From: Nitrospinales bacterium
Lineage (GTDB): Bacteria > Nitrospinota > Nitrospinia > Nitrospinales > JAJDAT01
Length of the DNA stretch: 64,000 nucleotides
Direction: 5' to 3'
Assembly: GCA_046757665.1 (NCBI GenBank)
Contig: JBHHYO010000004.1
Location: 1-64,000, forward strand
The notes below the pieces were generated by a model that searched no databases, was not told the origin of the DNA, and saw only the letters and a program-made list of their open reading frames with translations. Below, one piece after another: positions 61,122 through 64,000 of the stretch. Both the position numbers and the translations under genes were made by a program. Within the stretch, counting starts at the first letter, position 1, and each line of letters opens with the position of its first letter.

Positions 61122-64000
61122 TCGCCGGTGAGGTTGAATCCCGCCCAATAAGAAGGATGAGGATAGAGTTTTTTAACCAGTAACTGCGCTTTCCGCAAAC
61201 TTTCCGCTTTCTCTTCACGAGCATAAATGCGGTAAAAATGCTTGACCAATATGGCGGTGGAAATGTCGCTCACCCGCCACAAGGAAGAAAGAATAGCGTG
61301 CGTACCGGCATAAATAAACGCCCGGTTGAGGCCCACCAGTTCATCGCCGCCGACAATCTTTCCCAAACCCGTCTGACAGGCGCTTAACGTCACCAGGTCG
61401 GCATTGACATTGACGGCAAACACCTCGTTCACTTCAAAATTGCCGTCATCGGATTCATCGCGCGTCAGCTTCAACGCAGAGAACAGAGGGTTGACCGCAT
61501 CGAACTCTCCGTGCGAAGCGATATGGATGATCTGGTAATCGTTGATATGCTCCTTGATCCAGCTTTCCCTGGCCTTGTCGCCGGTCAAAAGGTCGATTTG
61601 CGGGAAATCCCATTTTATCGACCTCGCTTCCAGTTCCGCCAACGGCAAATCGTAATTCAAACTCCCCAAATCCGGGTTGCCGACCGCCAGCACCTTGACG
61701 ATCTTGCTCTTGTCGAATTTCCTCGCAAAAGTATATTGCAGTACCGAGGCGCTGGGAGAATAAAACAAGGGGTGCTGTTCGACCAGGTATCCCCCGTCTC
61801 CTTTAAGGGAAGCAAAAGAGACGTAATGTAAAATCCCGTTGGGAATCAAGCCGAGGATGCGCGTGCCGCGGATGTGTTCCTCGATGGGCTTTATGACCCA
61901 GGCATAAAGCCGGGCAGACGTGTCGTCCATCGGCGCCGATTGTTGCATACGTTTTCGATAATCCTTGACCACCCGAGCGAGGTCCTGTTCGCTGACCTGG
62001 GTACGGGCAACCGCAAGGCCGTCTTTTTTAACTACCCACGCCACCAACTCATCTTTCGTCACAAGGTATTCCACCAGGGCGACGTTTATCTCCAACAATC
62101 CTTGAAGTTGTTTCAGGCCGATCGATTCCACCGCAATGAAACTTGAAATTTGCGGGCTTTGTTCCTTGGCGTCGATTAGAAAATCCCGGTAACGGTCACG
62201 CTCGGCAACCAGTTGGGCGGAAAGTTGCCGGGTTTTGTCCCCGTCCCCGGACCGGCCAAGAGCCTCTTCCAATTTCCTGATTTTATTTTTTTGACGGATC
62301 AGGCGGTCATAAAGTTTTTGGCTGACTTCGTTTTTCAAATTGATCTTGTTGTTGCCCAGCAGGTCGATGAAGCTCCGCGATTTGGCGCGTTCCGCAAAGG
62401 AAAAAGACTCCTCGTTTTTTCCCTGGTCGAGGAGCAACAGGATCAGTTCCTTGTAGACATCCTGCTTGTCCGTAAGAAACCCGTTCTGAAACTCCTCGAT
62501 TTTGATGGCGGCCCGCATTTTTTCCACGGTATCCACGGCCTTTTTGTAAGCGGCGACGGCTTCGTCCGGCCGACCGGTCTGCGCCAGGCACATCCCCTGG
62601 CCCCGCAAGGCGCGCCAGCGCACCTCGGGAATACCCAGAGCCGCCGCCAGCGTCTCCGTTTTCCGGAAAACAGCAATCGCCGCCGCGCACTGTTTTCTCT
62701 TCAAAGCCAGGTTTCCCAACTCCAGCATGGACTTGACCTCATTGGTCCGGTTGCCGATTGCCCGGCTCAGACCGACCGCCTGCTTGATGTGGTTTTCCGC
62801 CTGATCCAAGCGCCCCATGCGCAGATAACTTATGCCGAGATTGCGATGCGTGTAGCCCTGCCCCCATTTGGATTTGAGACGAATATCCCGTTCCAGGGCT
62901 TTATTGAAAAATTCGATGGCCTTGCCGTACTGCTTGTCCTTGCGATAAATCAATCCGATGTTGTTGAACGCGGTGGCAATATCCAAAAGCGAGTTGATTT
63001 CCCTGGCCAGGTCAAGACTCTTGTGCAACGACCGCAGGGCGCGTTCCGAATCATTCAGCGTCCAGTAAATCAGGCCAAGCGTGTTGTGAATAAATGTTTG
63101 CTGTCGTTTGTCGCCGATCGCCTCGGCGATCTCCAGGGAGCGTTTTTGCATCCGGAAGGCATTTTGGTAATTCCCCTGGTACCAATAGCTGTTTCCCTGG
63201 TACAGTAGCGATTTTGACAGTCCCAGTTGCAAGTCATGAACCTCGGCCAGGCTCTGCGCCTGCCGATAAAGCGCCAGTGCCCGGTCGAAATCCCCTTGCT
63301 TTTCCGTCACCAATCCCAGCTCCAGTAACGTCTCTGCAATCTGGTCCGTTTGATCCAGTTCCTGAAAAAGCTTGTTGGCCTCGGCAAAATATTTTCTCGC
63401 CTCATCGTAATTGGCGAGCCTTAAATAGTAAATCCGGCCGATCCTTCGCAGTTCGCGTCCCTTGTTTAAATCCTCGCCGATTTCCTCGTTGATTTTCAGC
63501 GAGGCATTAAACGCCTGCAACGCTTTGCCGTAATCCAGTGCATTTTCCTCGACGATACCCAGGGTGCTGTAGCTTTCCGCCAGCCGGTCCAACAACTCAT
63601 ATTCCTGATAAATGGACAGGGCTTTTTGCAAAAGCTCCACGGCGCGGGGATACTGTTCCGCCCGCGAATGCAGGATTCCGAGAAAATAAACGGCCTGCGC
63701 CAATTGTTCCGGGTCGTCCGCCTGCTCCGCCAGCCGCACCAGCTCCAACTGATACTTGATCGCGGCCGGGTAATCCTTAAGGTTATAAGCCCCCAGAGCC
63801 AGCGTTTTGTAGATTTCCTGCTGAAATTTTTTCTCCGGGAGAAAACCGATCAGCGACAGGGCTTTTTCAAACGAATTGATGGAACTCTCCCAGCGTTTTT
63901 CGGAAAACGCCTGAAGCCCGTTTGTGACGTTGGCATCGAAATGAGCTTGCGCGAAGATTTGTTTTTCATGTTCCGTCATGCCGGGGAAACCGTAAAACCG
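61112..64000 (-). CDS. Large TPR + CHAT (caspase-like peptidase) protein, 5' end outside the window
   Basis: Long TPR array, AERAKSRSF, LIP.G.LH.VSF, HIASHG and LVTLSACQTG (His/Cys dyad), SLWRVSD, HPSYWAGF. Frame stays open to 64000. Confidence 0.92.
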   Translation of the reverse strand, partial: RFYGFPGMTEHEKQIFAQAHFDANVTNGLQAFSEKRWESSINSFEKALSLIGFLPEKKFQQEIYKTLALGAYNLKDYPAAIKYQLELVRLAEQADDPEQLAQAVYFLGILHSRAEQYPRAVELLQKALSIYQEYELLDRLAESYSTLGIVEENALDYGKALQAFNASLKINEEIGEDLNKGRELRRIGRIYYLRLANYDEARKYFAEANKLFQELDQTDQIAETLLELGLVTEKQGDFDRALALYRQAQSLAEVHDLQLGLSKSLLYQGNSYWYQGNYQNAFRMQKRSLEIAEAIGDKRQQTFIHNTLGLIYWTLNDSERALRSLHKSLDLAREINSLLDIATAFNNIGLIYRKDKQYGKAIEFFNKALERDIRLKSKWGQGYTHRNLGISYLRMGRLDQAENHIKQAVGLSRAIGNRTNEVKSMLELGNLALKRKQCAAAIAVFRKTETLAAALGIPEVRWRALRGQGMCLAQTGRPDEAVAAYKKAVDTVEKMRAAIKIEEFQNGFLTDKQDVYKELILLLLDQGKNEESFSFAERAKSRSFIDLLGNNKINLKNEVSQKLYDRLIRQKNKIRKLEEALGRSGDGDKTRQLSAQLVAERDRYRDFLIDAKEQSPQISSFIAVESIGLKQLQGLLEINVALVEYLVTKDELVAWVVKKDGLAVARTQVSEQDLARVVKDYRKRMQQSAPMDDTSARLYAWVIKPIEEHIRGTRILGLIPNGILHYVSFASLKGDGGYLVEQHPLFYSPSASVLQYTFARKFDKSKIVKVLAVGNPDLGSLNYDLPLAELEARSIKWDFPQIDLLTGDKARESWIKEHINDYQIIHIASHGEFDAVNPLFSALKLTRDESDDGNFEVNEVFAVNVNADLVTLSACQTGLGKIVGGDELVGLNRAFIYAGTHAILSSLWRVSDISTAILVKHFYRIYAREEKAESLRKAQLLVKKLYPHPSYWAGFNLTGDYR

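Overview
64 kb of GC-rich (roughly mid-50s % by eye), densely coding bacterial chromosome, mostly housekeeping genes. The gene content suggests a marine diderm such as Nitrospinota, but this is inference only. Recognisable genes: clpS, an nfuA-like Fe-S carrier, yraN, a siroheme nitrite/sulfite reductase fused to HEPN-like and TusA domains, yicC-gmk-hisC-mltG, a higBA toxin-antitoxin pair whose toxin is frameshifted, msrB, an arylamine N-acetyltransferase, amt, a 747-aa all-TPR protein, nhaA, nhaD, oppD/oppF, folC-lptD-pyrE, ispA-dxs-hisB-hisH, comF, argD-argF-tgt, sfsA, a complex I operon nuoA-M with no nuoN, a DUF4159 + vWA/GATase-like pair, a PhnW-like aminotransferase and a large TPR-CHAT protease running off the right edge. 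I saw no rRNA, tRNA, CRISPR array, transposase or integrase. Best leads: (1) a stand-alone 2TM + PLD-like + lectin-like beta-sandwich protein with its own promoter (54597-55925); (2) a switch-like structured leader before an AT-richer nhaA; (3) a ~120-nt rod-like RNA with C-rich loops upstream of nfuA; (4) a 49-aa membrane protein with its own promoter, palindromic operator and flanking hairpins; (5) a parvulin/DUF1858-like/rhodanese fusion with degenerate active sites; (6) the nuoN-less nuo operon ending at a REP-like repeat. All family assignments come from motifs recognised by eye, not database searches.
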